Notes under the pieces: model-generated
The model's input: only the letters and a program-made list of their open reading frames with translations
Database searches by the model: none
Told to the model about the DNA's origin: nothing
Part shown: piece by piece, positions 1-12,559 of the stretch
Position numbering within the stretch: position 1 is the stretch's first letter
Layout: the number at the start of each line of letters is the position of its first letter
Made by a program: the position numbers and the translations under genes
NCBI GenBank assembly: GCA_030167865.1
Contig: JALAGF010005004.1
Location: forward strand, 1-53,639
From: Craspedostauros australis
Lineage: Eukaryota
Length of the DNA stretch: 53,639 nucleotides
Reading direction: 5' to 3'

Positions 1-615
1 CTCGGAGGCGTACACTAGCACTGTATCTGTTGTCGCCACTTCGCTGTCCTTCAACACGACCTGTGCAGGCTTCCCGGTGGATTCGCCTCTGTGTCGGAAG
101 CTAGCTATTCCAACGAAGAATGTTGAATCGCCTGTGGTTGTGACGAGTTTGCGCACATGTTTCTCCTTCGTGGTGTCATGGAGATGCCCTAATTCCCTCA
201 AGATGGACTCACGGATGGTCTTCGGTCGCAGTTTGGGGTCGAGGGACCTCCTGATATAACTGAGAGCGATCACCGCGTTCTTGTATTCTGTGTCGTCTTC
301 CACCAGCCACTTCTTGAGAGGTTCATCTGCCTGGGAAGGTTGAGAATCGGCTACTGCTAGATGAGCAGTCTCGGGTGCGCAATCCTTGTATCTGATGGCC
401 GTTTCGATTGTTTTCCACCTGGTCTGTAGCAACGGCTCCCAAAAGATGTCTCCGTTGTAACCATCGTTGGCCTGCACTCTCTTGTATAGCATCTCCTCCG
501 CCAGATCTTCGTCGAGGTTGGCATCCCAAAACACAGCGTCGTTGAACACGTCTTTGTACAGGGCGGCATCCGTTGGTATTTTCGCCGGGCCGAGCAAAGG
601 ACCACATAACATCAT
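1..615 (-). CDS. Partial ORF of unknown function running off the left edge (>205 aa, MMLCGPLLGPAKIPTDAALYKDVFNDAVFWD...)
   Basis: Hand translation: a stop-free minus frame runs from about 1002 to base 1, with the first ATG at 615. It is absent from the ORF track because it has no stop in the window. Composition is globular-protein-like, but no motif was recognised. Confidence 0.55.
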   Translation of the reverse strand, partial: MMLCGPLLGPAKIPTDAALYKDVFNDAVFWDANLDEDLAEEMLYKRVQANDGYNGDIFWEPLLQTRWKTIETAIRYKDCAPETAHLAVADSQPSQADEPLKKWLVEDDTEYKNAVIALSYIRRSLDPKLRPKTIRESILRELGHLHDTTKEKHVRKLVTTTGDSTFFVGIASFRHRGESTGKPAQVVLKDSEVATTDTVLVYASE

Positions 616-1873
616 GCTCGATGCTTTTGCTTCTGCGGATTGGGCGATCCCGGTGAGGACGTAAGCGGGAGCGAGCGCGAGAGCAGAGTTATGTTGCTGT
701 TGCTGTCCCCACGAGCAGGTTAGTGCAGCCTGCAGCCAATTGATCGAGACAAATGGATGGGTGAACGGATGAACGGATGATTGAGCTGGTTGAGAAAGAC
801 GAGGCAAAGGACAAAATGGATGCGCGTGTCCTATTCGGTCTGCTGCTTCTGTTGCTGATGATGATCCTGCCGGCTCAAGAGAGTCTGTCGCTTCCAATTT
901 GCGACTTGAGATGTGAAAGCCCACGAGTGACTGGTGTAGAAGTAATGGCCTGTTGCTGTGTGTCCTCGTCAGGGTTTTTGTTTGTTGTTTGCGTCGGAAA
1001 CACTAATGAATGCTCTGCAATCGTCACGAAGCAGCGTGCATTTTTGACCCAATGGACCGTAAATCTACATAACTCCATAAAAACTAAAATAAGACTTAAA
1101 AGCAAAATCTACGTCCACTACTCATCTTATATTTTTATCTAGTTTATTAATATGTGAGTGGTTTGGTCGAAAGACCCGTATGTTGTCGGCACCCCAGGAC
1201 CGACTGCAGGTCCCATCACCGCGATGGGCATTCGTGAATGGCAAGAACGAGTGCTGGCTCCAAAGAAACGAGCAGATCTCGACAACTACCCAACCAATCG
1301 CCACCAAAGTTGGAGAGGGCGATGAAAAGTCACACATGAGAGTGATCACGAAAGGAGAGCTCAAACGAATGGAGCGGCATGGACTTGCCAAGGAGGTTTG
1401 TGACAGAATAGGTGGTTCTTTTCTGTCACTTCGTGTGGGACTGACGTACAGAATGTGCCAGCGTCTACAGCGAAATTGACTCATCTGGCTAAATACTTAT
1501 TACTACCCCCAGCCACTAGCTGAGTACGAGTGCACCATCGGTTTTTGTGCTGAACTGGTATGGACGAGCACGTTATTGTAGGCTATGATTGCAGCATAGT
1601 ATCTCACTGTCGTCCAATATGTTCGGACGGATCTTAGACAAATGACAAAGACGTGTTTCATCCGGGCAGTTTCGAGTTACTATTCGCTGTCTGTCTTGTT
1701 TCTCTATCGTTACATCTATTTTGTCTCATGCTTCTTGATGCTATTGCTCTGCCTCCGTCGTTGCTGCCGTGGCTTCGATCACCTCCTGCATCGTCTCTCG
1801 CAACCATCTTTGTCGTTTCCGTGCCTGGTAACACCTGCCTGTGACCGCGTGTGACCACGTGCGCTCTCTTTCT

Positions 1874-2785
1874 CTAGTTCACGAAGTTCCTGTAGATCTT
1901 GTGAAAGTTGGGATGGACGAAGCGGGCGGATCCATTGCGGATGCCCATGAATTTGTACCCCCGCTCCTCGAGGAGCAGTCTCACCGACAAATCCTTCGCA
2001 CCATTGCTGCCATCGGCGCTGACGAGGATGTATCCGAACTCGTACTCGTCCAGATCGATGGAGTTCAGCGCCGACAGCTCTGCCCCCGCCACATCCAGCG
2101 TCATGAAGTCGAAGTAGGTCTTGTCCAAGACGGTCCGTCTCAAGATGGTTTCCAGTCGTTCGCATCTCCTCCTCTTGGTATTGATGAGAAGCTCCTGATC
2201 CCAAAACTGCTTGCGGAAGGTCGAGGTGGAGAATTCGACGAATCCGCTCTTGTTGCGGTTGTCAGTGGAAACCCATCGCATTTCCCGATCCTCACGGCAG
2301 ACGGCGGCATGTACCACTGCCAGTTCGTGTGGACGGTTCGTCTGGAGACTCGCAAAGTGCTTCTCATTGGCCTCGATGAGAACGCCTTCCCATCCCATGC
2401 CTTCGTTGAAGGCGTTAGTGTTGCTGAACATCTTGCCATCCAGCGCACCCACCTCGATGTAGCTGCCACCACACAATCGGCTGAACACGTTGTATAGATC
2501 ACGGTCCTCCTCTGACGCGGAACGGAACATATCATCTTGCGGCACTATGTCGCATGGGAATCCCTCAGTCTGCGGGATAGGCTTCACCGTGGACAGTGTC
2601 TCGACGGACAGCGATCTCGATGTAGTTGCGAACATATCATTATTGAGATACAGCGAATTGATGGATCGTCCGATCGAGGTGGTCCATGCGAGGACGCCAC
2701 CGATCGCGAGCCCAACAATCACAGTCTTCTGGTGATCGGCCGCTCTGCTGCGTGGTCTTGGGGTTGTTCTTGATTCGGCCATCAT
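1874..2785 (-). CDS. FkbM-family (Methyltransf_21) SAM-dependent methyltransferase with N-terminal membrane anchor, ~303 aa
   Basis: Motifs YIEVGALDGKMFSNT, GWEGVLIEAN and FDFMTLDVAGAE. Hydrophobic segment TVIVGLAIGGVLAW near the N-terminus. First ATG at 2785. Confidence 0.88.
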   Translation of the reverse strand: MMAESRTTPRPRSRAADHQKTVIVGLAIGGVLAWTTSIGRSINSLYLNNDMFATTSRSLSVETLSTVKPIPQTEGFPCDIVPQDDMFRSASEEDRDLYNVFSRLCGGSYIEVGALDGKMFSNTNAFNEGMGWEGVLIEANEKHFASLQTNRPHELAVVHAAVCREDREMRWVSTDNRNKSGFVEFSTSTFRKQFWDQELLINTKRRRCERLETILRRTVLDKTYFDFMTLDVAGAELSALNSIDLDEYEFGYILVSADGSNGAKDLSVRLLLEERGYKFMGIRNGSARFVHPNFHKIYRNFVN

Positions 2786-3723
2786 CTCCAAAGGAGTATA
2801 GTATGCTATGTATGTACGTTTGCCGGTTGGTGGGTACGTATGGGAAATCGGTACAATGTGTACATGTACGTCTCGTTGGAACGCGTCGTGTTTTTGTGAT
2901 GTGTTGTGTCGTCTTGCGTGATGCTACGATGCGGAGAAGAAGTTGTGATGGCATGAAGGACGAGAGAGTGAGAGAGAACTTCTCTGAACAGATACTCATG
3001 GTGGATTGCGGCAATCAAGCCGAAAGTTTCAAGAACGTTGCGTATGGTGCGAGTACATAGTATAATAGATACATTCGGGTGTGGCCATGGGCTGGGCACA
3101 CAACAAAAGACCTGGTGTTGGCGTTGGCGTCGGCGTTGGAACGCAATTTTGCTTCCCATTTTTGTCAAGAGAAGTTGTCCGGGTTTGGTATTTTGTGAGA
3201 CAAATCACACCGACGCTGGTCAGACAGACAACTCAAACACTCAATTCAACGGAAGCCGTTTTGGACATTGCGGGACAAACTACGAGTACGACTACGAGCG
3301 CTAGAAAGAGAGCCGACACCTACAAATATGTACAACAGGGGTAGACGAGTCAGCAAGACAAAGTACGAGTATGGTGTGGTACATGACTCCTCCTACCAGA
3401 CTTGCAATGAAGGGTGAGGCATCTACAATGCGCAAGTAGAGTGTGTGTAGCTCTGGATGTATTCCTCGCACGTATCAGCAAGGCTATTCTCCCATTGCTG
3501 GTCTCCTTCGAAGTAACGTTGCGATTCTCTCATGATCTCTGACTCCACAACAAGGGATCAATGCTGCTTGACCAATCATGCGGAGGCGGCAGTTGCAGTT
3601 CACTCCAGTATGCACCATATCCTGTCTAGAACAATACTTTGCAGGTGTTCTGCCAAGCTATATCCGTCGCGTTTGATTGACTGCCTGCTGTGGTAATCAG
3701 AATCAGCAGAGTTCTCAGAGTCG

Positions 3724-6113
3724 CTATTTGTTTTTCTTGGACGCAAACGACGTGCTCTTGGACAGTGCCGGGGCAGCCTTGAGCTTAGCCCGCGAGATGC
3801 GATGTAAGAAAGATCCCAGCGACATCTTCCAGGCCAAGACGATCGCCCAGATAACGAACAGGCCGACCCCGAGCTTCCAATTCAACGGAATCATGTCGCT
3901 ATCGCTGGCGTACTTGATGGCTTCCTTGACGTACCGGCCCATGACGCAGACGAGCGGCAGCTGCGCCAAACCGATGCGACGCACGACGGCGTGGGAATGA
4001 TCCATATTGACTCCTTCGTGCCCGAATCCCGTCACGTCGCCTGCGAGGAGCAGCGCGTACTCCGGGTAGATGGAGCTGTGGATGAAATTGAATTTGGTGA
4101 TGAAGGAGTGCTTGATCCAATCAGCGAGCCACTCCGCGCACCACACGACGCCGCACATTTGGATGTAGGACCAGACCATCGGGGGATCCATGCCCTGCGA
4201 GATGTTGAGGATGAGGACCAGGCTGAGGAACAGCGCCAGCTTGAAGCGTTCGCAGATGTCGCTGGCTGTGATCTTGAACAAGTTCGGTTTGTTGTACTTT
4301 TTGAACACGGTGGATTTGATCTCGGCGAAGTTGCCGGAGATCAGCAGCGTGAGAAGCGCTTGATCCGCCGAGTTCATGGCAACGTTGAGTGTCGCCACAT
4401 GGATGAAGAGAAGGCAGCTGTGCACCGTCGTGTACATGAGGACCACAGCGATGGAGATTGCCATTCTCGAGCTCTTTGGCCGTCTCGTTGTATTCCAATA
4501 TAAGCTGTCCAGACAATCCTGTCCCAGCGAGCACATGAGTCTGTCGAATACCTCCACGATAGCAATGAGCACGTACAGCTTGACCATGCTTTGGCCTCTG
4601 ATCCAGTGATACAGCTTGCCAATGCTCACAGGCATCAGCACGTATTTGTACACAGAGTAGATGATCCCCACTTGGATCAGCTGGTACACATGTCTGCTCG
4701 CATCGTGATGGACATCAAGGAGAGATGGAGTAGACGGTTGACACGTAACATTGTTGTTGTTTTGGTAGGCGTCGGCAGGAATCATGGAATGAAGAACTGT
4801 GAGACAGAATCATTCAATGCGCGCATGAGACTGTACCACCGCGCACAGTGAAACATAAGTGGTGCAATTCGTTCTTCATCATGCCATGCTGCACTGTGAT
4901 GTGGCCTACTGTGCCATGTTAGATCAACCGGTGGTTGCAGCACACATTCGCACTCGTACCGCCAACGTGGAGTACCAAATGCAACACACAGATGGACGTA
5001 CCTGCGGTGAAATCGAAAGGGACCTTCGTATGCCGATTTCCAATTGAGCATTTGCGCCAGCAGATGATTGACGAGCAGGAGGCAGCTCCATACGAAGCGT
5101 ATGGGCAATATGGTGAGGACGTAGAGGAAGGAGTCGACGCAGATCCAGAATCCGTAATTGAGCAAGACCTCAACGGCGCCGGGGACCTTGATGAATTCCT
5201 CCATCTGCCGATCGACGTCGTTGGTCGATTCCTGAAAGCTGTTGAGATAGTCCAACCATTTGCTGCGAATGTCGACGATGTTCATGCTGTCGGAGCGCGT
5301 GCGGCCTCTGCGTGCGGCGTTGGACGTGCTGGTACTGGCGGTGTTGCCCTTTCTGATCGCTGCCGGCGATGCCGCCGCGTCTTTGAATGCTGGTGATGCT
5401 GCTTTGAAATGGTGCGTTCCTGCGGACAGAGATGATGGCGACGATGCCTTATTCGTGCGAGCGCCGATCAGACTGTCGGACTTGTCGTCGTCGCCATTCA
5501 AATGATACGCCGTCTGCTCCGCGATCTGATCCAACGGTGTTCGCAGCGGTTGGTTTGCACCATCCGAATGCAGATGTAGATCCGCCTCCACCGGCATGTA
5601 GAGCGGCGGAGAAGCTGCCGGTTGCGCATCCTGTCCGTACAAGACGCGGAAGCTGAGATTGTTGCTGGAGGTCATGTGCATCTCCGACGGAGCGGGCGAA
5701 TCCAATGCCGGCGTCGCACGTCTGTGTTCATCGGACTTAGGCGAGAGGGGCGGCGTCAGCGATGGCGATATCGTCCTTGATGGATTCCTGCGCTGCTGCT
5801 GCAGCAGAAGCGAAATCGTGGCCAATTTGAGCTCGAGGTCCTGCACGCGGGCCTCCAGCGCCGCTCGGGAGTCTGGTTCCAAGTCTGCTTTCTTCTGCTG
5901 CTGCTGCAATTCATCATTTGCTGTGAGTGCATGCTGCATATTGGAGTCTGCTTGCGGAGCTTTGATGTCATTTGCGATGACACCAACACCAGCACCGACG
6001 CCCATGCTGATGCTGGTGCTCGTGCTGTTGCTCAAGCACTCATCAGCGGAGTCATCGTCATTTCTGTTTGCGCTTTGCTTCAGCACATGCGACAGAAGGG
6101 AAGGTGCCACCAT
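3724..6113 (-). CDS. TAPT1: TAPT1/EMP65 (DUF747) ER membrane protein; exons 6113-5002 and 4693-3724, ~693 aa
   Basis: Conserved motifs IRGQSMVKLYVLIAIVEVFDRLMCSLGQD, NFAEIKSTVFKK, DICERF and DWIKHSFITKFN. A GT-AG intron at 5001-4694 joins in phase to give FHRRHVYQ. Confidence 0.9.
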
Positions 6114-6651
6114 GGAGGACTACTGGTGAAGTAGAATATAATACAATATAATATGATAGGTGTATGTAAAGTGCAATATCTTGCTCGTCTGAGTTGCTTC
6201 GCTTGAACGCCTCTCTCTCCTCGGCTCTGGAAGCTGTTGTGGTTTGGGATGTGGTTGTGCACTCCACTTCAACTCTTCGCCGTCCGCCCTCTCTGGTGTT
6301 TCTTCTGTGGTCATGACTGAACTGTGATGTTGTGCTGGTTGTCACCGTGTTTTTGTTCGCTCGACACTTTTGTGCCCAACGAAACCAAAGGCGATGATGG
6401 GTCATGACACGATCGTGATTCAAGTGACGTCATGCGTAAGGCGGGTGGCTCCACCAACAGCCCCGCTCGATGAAGAGGAGCATCTCAATCTGCGTTCTTC
6501 GGGGTCCTCCCACTCTCCACTCCACATGAGATCACGGATCTTCCACAGTGTACTATTCGATGGTGGATTAGTATACTCTTCTATTACTGTTACTTTGCTG
6601 AAAGGATGCTGCCGCGGTCACAAGATGCAAACGCAAGATGGTTGCAGTTGC

Positions 6652-8896
6652 TCATGTCATCTTGGACAAGGATACGGACCGCTGTATGTTCTTGTTCTTT
6701 CTGGGATTGTGCAAGCTGCCATCCTTCTTCTTCCATTCCTGAAAGACGCCGCCGCCGGTGTGGATGCTGGTGTTAACTGCGGCGCCAACGCTGACGCGGC
6801 GTTTGGAGGAAGATGTGGTGCTGGCACGTCGGCCTCGCATGGAGCCGGCGGAACGGATCGATGAGTCGCGGGCGACCTTGGCGCTGCTGCCGCGGAAGGA
6901 TCCGCGCCGACGCATGGATCCGTCCCTGTCGTCGTCCAGGGTGAATTCCTTGAGGAGGTTGACATGGTAGGCGAACTTGGCATATCCCTCCGCATTCGGT
7001 AGCTTGGAGAGCATGGAAAGGCTGTTTGTGGAGAGAAGCAAGTGACGTTGGTCCAACGGGGGATGCAAATTGGTGAGTTAACGACAATATTTGTGAGAAC
7101 AGAGCAGCAGAGAGCAGGGTAGTTTCACGTCGCACACACGCACACATAACCACAGTTACACACGCACACAGTCACACACAACCACAACCAACTTACACCT
7201 GGGACTGCTCCTGATCTTCCAAAATCGCTTTCATTTCGTTGAGCTGAATCACTTCGAGCGTCGTCGTGCGGGGCTTGGCATCCGCCGCAATCTCGCTCTG
7301 CTCCGGTTCCGGTTGCGCATTCTGCTGATCCTTGCCATGCTGCTTGATGGCTCGCATGAATTGCGTGAGGGCGGCCTTGTCGAGCATCGTCGCCAGCAAG
7401 GTCGTGACGCTGCGTTCGAACTTTTGATAATCGAGGAACATGGAATGCCTCGTGACGCTGCCGCGGATGGAGATGGAATGCGTGCGCTGACGACGGCGCG
7501 TTGGGAGGTCCGTGATCTCGTCCGTCTCCGTGTCGACCGTCGATGCCTCCTGCGCATCGACCTTGTGGAAGCGCACGAACTCGTAATCCAGAATTTCGCT
7601 GGCGTTCTTTCGTTTCTTGTGACGGTAGACGAGCATGGCATCGAGCATCTCGTAGTAGGAATCGGGCATGTCGTCCGGCATGTTGGGCAGGTTGCGCAGA
7701 TCGCGTTCCCCGTTATCCTGCAGCATGTTGAAGGCGCGTTGCAACACATCGGCGGGATATCCCGCCACGAGGACGTAGAGCGTGACGCCGGCGCTCCAGA
7801 CGTCCGTCTTGATGGTGTAGGTCCTCTGGAACATCTCGGGCGAGATGTAAAATGCGGATCCCGCGAAGGTGGTGTGGTTGCCCTCGACGAGCTTGTCCGT
7901 GCCGGATCCGAAGTCGATCAATCTCAATTCGCTGCCTGGGCCGGAATGCATGAACATGAGGTTCTCGGGCTTGATGTCCCTGTGGATGATGTTGTGGCTG
8001 GCGCAGTGGCTGACGGCATCGATGAGCTGGAAGCTGATGCGCGAGACGTCCTCCGTGCGCAGATCCTGCTCCTGCTTGGAGACGTACTCCATCATCTCGC
8101 CGCCTGGGCAGTACTCCGTGATGACAAGGACGACGCGCGTGGTCTCGTAGACGCCCTTGAGGCCGAGGCAGAAGTGCTGGCCCGCCAAGGTGCGGAGGAT
8201 GTTGACCTCCGCCTGCAGGCACTCGGCCTTGAGCGGCGCGTACAGGATGTTGTCCTTGAAGATGACGCCCTTGCGGATGGTCTTGCAGGCCAGGGCGTCG
8301 CTGTCCGCCTCTCCCGCACTGGCACCCGGGTTGGCGTGCGTCTGCGTCATGTCGTGGACGAGGTTGACGACGCCGAACTCTCCCTCGCCCAGCACGCGGT
8401 CTTCGATGTAGCGCTTGTGGAAGGCCTCCTCGTCACCATCCGCATTCTCGATGAGCATGGCAGCCCCCGTGGCTCTGCCCAAGCAGTTGCCCATGTTTTT
8501 GACGATCCCTTCCACGAAATGCAGCGATTTGGGCCACTTCCAGCCTGTGGTGGTGCAGTTGTCACACTTGTCGTTGTTGCTATTGTTGTTGCTATTGCTA
8601 TTGCTATTGTGGGTATGGTCGTTGGCAGTGTCGTCCTTGTGGTCGTTGCTATCGTCGCTGTCGCTGAGTTGCAGAAGTTGCTGTTGTTCTCGTTCAAGTT
8701 GCGCGGTTGCAGTGGGTGACGACACTTGTTCCGGAAGATTGCCGACGACGAATGTGGGGATGTCTTGACGTTCTTGGTGTTCTGTTTCTTGTCGCTGCTG
8801 TTGTTGTTGCTGTTGTTGACGATGTTGCCGCAGACGGGAGATCGGATTGGGGCCTTTCTCTTTGAGATGTTGCCACCAGTTGGTCCACTGAGACAT
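6652..8896 (-). CDS. Ser/Thr protein kinase, CAMK/CDPK-like; exons 8896-7197 and 7021-6652, ~689 aa (alternative start at 8494)
   Basis: Kinase motifs LGEGEFGVV, ACKTI, HRDIKPEN, IDFG, GSAFYISPE and DVWSAGV. An intron GTAAGT(7196)...CAG(7022) joins in phase (QV-LSMLSKL). No clear EF-hands seen. Confidence 0.9.
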
Positions 8897-10743
8897 GCAG
8901 TCGTTGTTCTGTTTGCGCGCACTGATGAACAATGCGCTTGGTCGTTCAAGGAATGGAGATGGTGGGAGTGGTAGTGGTAGTGATGATGAGAGTGGCGGCG
9001 AAGTAAGATTGGCGGGAAGATGCAGCTGCGTTCGGCTCCATCCACGGACTCTTCACTTTGCGAGTTTGAATGGAAGAGTGAGTATCTGGGAGATGCGACT
9101 TGGTCAGTTTCTGGAACAGCAACGATGTTCATGAAAGACGAAGATGTCGTGGAAGTGATAGTCCCAAGTCGGAAGGAGAGGGCGGCTTCAAACAGCCAAG
9201 GATCATCTTCTTCCAGCAGAGACGCGATCATGGCACCATCTGCGCCTTCACTCGGCTCCTTGGTCGCGATCATTCGTTCCCCTCTTTCTGTGCCCTTCCT
9301 TGCTTCGCGCACAAGAGTTTGTCTGTCTGTCTTCACGACGCTGTTGTGGTGATGTTGCCGCGCCACGACACAGAGTGCCACTTTCCTCGCAGTCTCGGCA
9401 CGGCACCAAGGACCGCAACACGGTTTCTGCGCTGCTCTTCTTCCCACCGTCAAACCCGAACTTTTCCTGTGTCGCATTTATCGTTCCTCCTCATTCAAAG
9501 TGTCAACGCTTGTTGCAGTCGTGGTTACTACATTGAGTCGTATTTGTTGTCTGAGTGGAGTGCCACACACCCTCACGTACAGACAAGCGTACTGAGAACA
9601 AAGCGAACATGAAGTTGCAACACGGAAATTTCGTGATTATCGGACATTGTGTATTATGACAACTCATGCACAACCTCAATAATGTTGTTAGCTTCTCTCC
9701 AAACTCTGCACGTGCATTACTCTCCAAAAACAGACCAAATGAGAGACAATATTTCCCCGCCACAAGGAAGAAAATTGCCCACGTCTTGGACCACTCGACA
9801 TGTCGTTAAATGGGACACAACACGAAGACTCTCGGCAAGATGTCTCGTGTGTGTCCGATGCAATCCACGATGCCCCAAACGGAGTTGTTGAGGAAAGCGT
9901 GCGCGTCGCGTTGCATTCGTTCACACAGAGCCGACCATGCGCGGTGTTGTCGTGGGGTTTCTGGTGTCATTCGCTTTGTGTTGGTTTGTGTTGCGCTACT
10001 CTGAATTCTGTGGATCAATCGTCGTGGCGGATTGCGAGCAAGAAACCAGAGAAAGAGAGTAATTGTGTAAGTGGAGCCATCCCTCCAATCAAGGCGCACA
10101 CTTCATCAACAACATCAGCAACATCAACGACGATACCACCACATTTGCTGCAACAACACAAAAGAGATCACATCTCCCATCACCATCACAGTCCAGATCC
10201 GTGTTTCTATCACGGCCACACCTTTAGCGTCCAGTTGCTTAGAGTAGCTCGTACTCCACGATACTCCAACCATAGCTCCTACATAGAATCCTGACTCTTG
10301 GTCTCTTGTCTTTTCGCAGGAGAGAACAACCTTCACGTCGACCTCTTGGGAGGGTCAGAACATCATCAGCAGAGCTCATAGATTCTTCTGTTCCACCACA
10401 CCGGCAAAGCATAGCACAACATAGCACAGCATAGCATTACTGTACTTGGCAACGCTTGCTAGAATATTCGTGGGGTGTATGGTACCATACCTACTGTTGC
10501 ACCATCCCAACAACGATCATAGCAGAGCAGCCGCACCATCGAATCCGAGGATTAGTACAACAACGACATCACTGAACAACAATAGCATCAACGACATCAG
10601 CATTTCATTCTGTTCCTCTCCTGATCATCTGCGAACGAAGCCGAAGCCACAGACAAAGGCAAAGAGCATTCATCTGCTTCGGATTCTGCCGCGCACCCAC
10701 GCATCGTCATCATCACAACAACAACAACTGCGAACACAAGAAC

Positions 10744-12369
10744 ATGGCGCCAGTCAAGAAGCTGCTGCGTCGCCGGCGGTCCGATGACAAACACCAAGAC
10801 AGCAGCGATGTCCCTCCTGCTACGTCCGCATCCGCTAACATTGTGGATGCAATGCAGAGCGCACACAATGGCGTTGATTCGGCAGGGAGGACGGCGAACC
10901 AAGATGGCATCCACGCAACCGGCTCATGTCTGTCAAGTGCAGCAATCACCGCCACCACAACTGCCGCCATCGTGACTCCCAACGCCAAACTCCGCGGACA
11001 GCAGGCCAAATGCGAACAAGACCATTTCCAACATCAGGATCAGCAGGATCAACGGTGCGGACAACAAGCAGAACCCCCAACGGCCACGCAACCGCATTCG
11101 CATTCACAACAACGCACGCAGCTTCTCGCGCAAACACAATCGGAGGCACCAGAACAGCAGCAGCAACCACAGCAACAAGAAGAACCACAGCAAGAAGAAC
11201 CAAAGAAGAGGAAGAGACGCAAGGCCGGCAAAGAGACCAAGCGACGGGGCAAACGAAAGCAACGCCACGCTTCATCCGTTGACACAGAAAGCAGCGCAAA
11301 CGTCACTCCATCATCCGGTCGCAGGAGGAGCTCCAGAGGCAACTCCTCGCTGTCCGAACTCGCGAGGGACATCGTCGTGCATCGCAAGAATGTCGTCTTC
11401 ATCACCGGCGCGGGCATCAGCGTCGCCTCTGGCGTGCGGCCGTTCCGCGGCAAGAGCGGCGTCTGGACCAACGTCATCTGGACCACGGCAACGCGCGAAG
11501 CATTCCGCAAGAACCCCCTCGACTGGTACAACCAGTTCTGGCTGCCCTTCCTAGAGATGCCCAACAACCCAACACCCAACGCGGGCCATGCCGCACTCGC
11601 CGCTCTCCTCGACAAGTACCCCAACATCGACATCATCACGCAGAACGTGGACGGTCTGCACACGCCGGCGGAACGCCTCATCGAAGCCCACGGCCGTCTC
11701 GGACTCTTCAAGTGCATGCCGCATGAAGACTCAGACACGGACTCGGATTCAGACGACGACAACGATCGCCCCGTGCATCTGGGCCACAGGCGCAAGAGCA
11801 GGACCTCCACCAGCCCCTGCCACTACCGCAAGGCGGAATCGCTCTCCATCACGCAGCTCCTCCCGCGTGCCACGTCCAAGGCGTTCGCCACCAAGAAGCG
11901 CAGCATCCAGCATGCGCCCAAGTGCCCCTCCTGCGGCAACGCGGTCGCACCGCAGGCTCTGCTATTCGATGAAGGCTATCACGCGCACAGATTCTACCAG
12001 TTCGAGCGCATGGAGAACATGCTGGCCAAGGCCGACGTCATCGTGTTCTGCGGCACCTCCTTCGCCGTGCGTCTCACGGTCGTCGCCTTGGATCACGCGA
12101 GGGACTTTTCGCTGCCTGTCTACAACTTCAACACGCAGGATCTCCTGCAGCCCAGCCTGCGTCTCAACGCCGAAAACATCACGGGCAAGTCGGAACAGAC
12201 GCTGCCGCTGTTGCTGCAGGCATGTCAACAGATGGAGGATCAGACCATGCCAAGGGCCTTCCGGACTGCCCCAGCGGCCGCAACGTCCACGCCATCATCG
12301 AGCACCACTAATGCGCCGGCGACTCCGTCGTCATCGTCTCCGACGGCACCCATATCTGTGGGTTCGTGA
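10744..12369 (+). CDS. Sir2-family NAD+-dependent deacylase with low-complexity N-terminus and basic NLS-like stretch
   Basis: Sirtuin motifs VFITGAGISVASGVRPFRG, TQNVDGLH, EAHG, CPSC, GTS and YNFN. Basic cluster PKKRKRRKAGKETKRRGKRKQR. Confidence 0.92.
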   Translation: MAPVKKLLRRRRSDDKHQDSSDVPPATSASANIVDAMQSAHNGVDSAGRTANQDGIHATGSCLSSAAITATTTAAIVTPNAKLRGQQAKCEQDHFQHQDQQDQRCGQQAEPPTATQPHSHSQQRTQLLAQTQSEAPEQQQQPQQQEEPQQEEPKKRKRRKAGKETKRRGKRKQRHASSVDTESSANVTPSSGRRRSSRGNSSLSELARDIVVHRKNVVFITGAGISVASGVRPFRGKSGVWTNVIWTTATREAFRKNPLDWYNQFWLPFLEMPNNPTPNAGHAALAALLDKYPNIDIITQNVDGLHTPAERLIEAHGRLGLFKCMPHEDSDTDSDSDDDNDRPVHLGHRRKSRTSTSPCHYRKAESLSITQLLPRATSKAFATKKRSIQHAPKCPSCGNAVAPQALLFDEGYHAHRFYQFERMENMLAKADVIVFCGTSFAVRLTVVALDHARDFSLPVYNFNTQDLLQPSLRLNAENITGKSEQTLPLLLQACQQMEDQTMPRAFRTAPAAATSTPSSSTTNAPATPSSSSPTAPISVGS

Positions 12370-12559
12370 TCAGTTCCCAGCACTTTGCATACACAATACT
12401 ACACGACGCTGCATACCAGTGCGTTTTCAGAATCGCGGCAATCGCGTGGACATGAGAAAGAAGAGGCAGATTCGAGTTGTTACAAAAGAAGCAACCGAAC
12501 GAGCCACGCATGAATCACATACTCCATTATGGTAAATGATATTATAGTACATACTCATA

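Noticed and set aside
7313-8719. 468-aa + strand ORF (and similar antisense ORFs at 20156-21049, 23733-24815, 28322-29437)
   Set aside because: These are shadows of real genes on the opposite strand, kept open by GC-rich codon bias, and carry no motifs.
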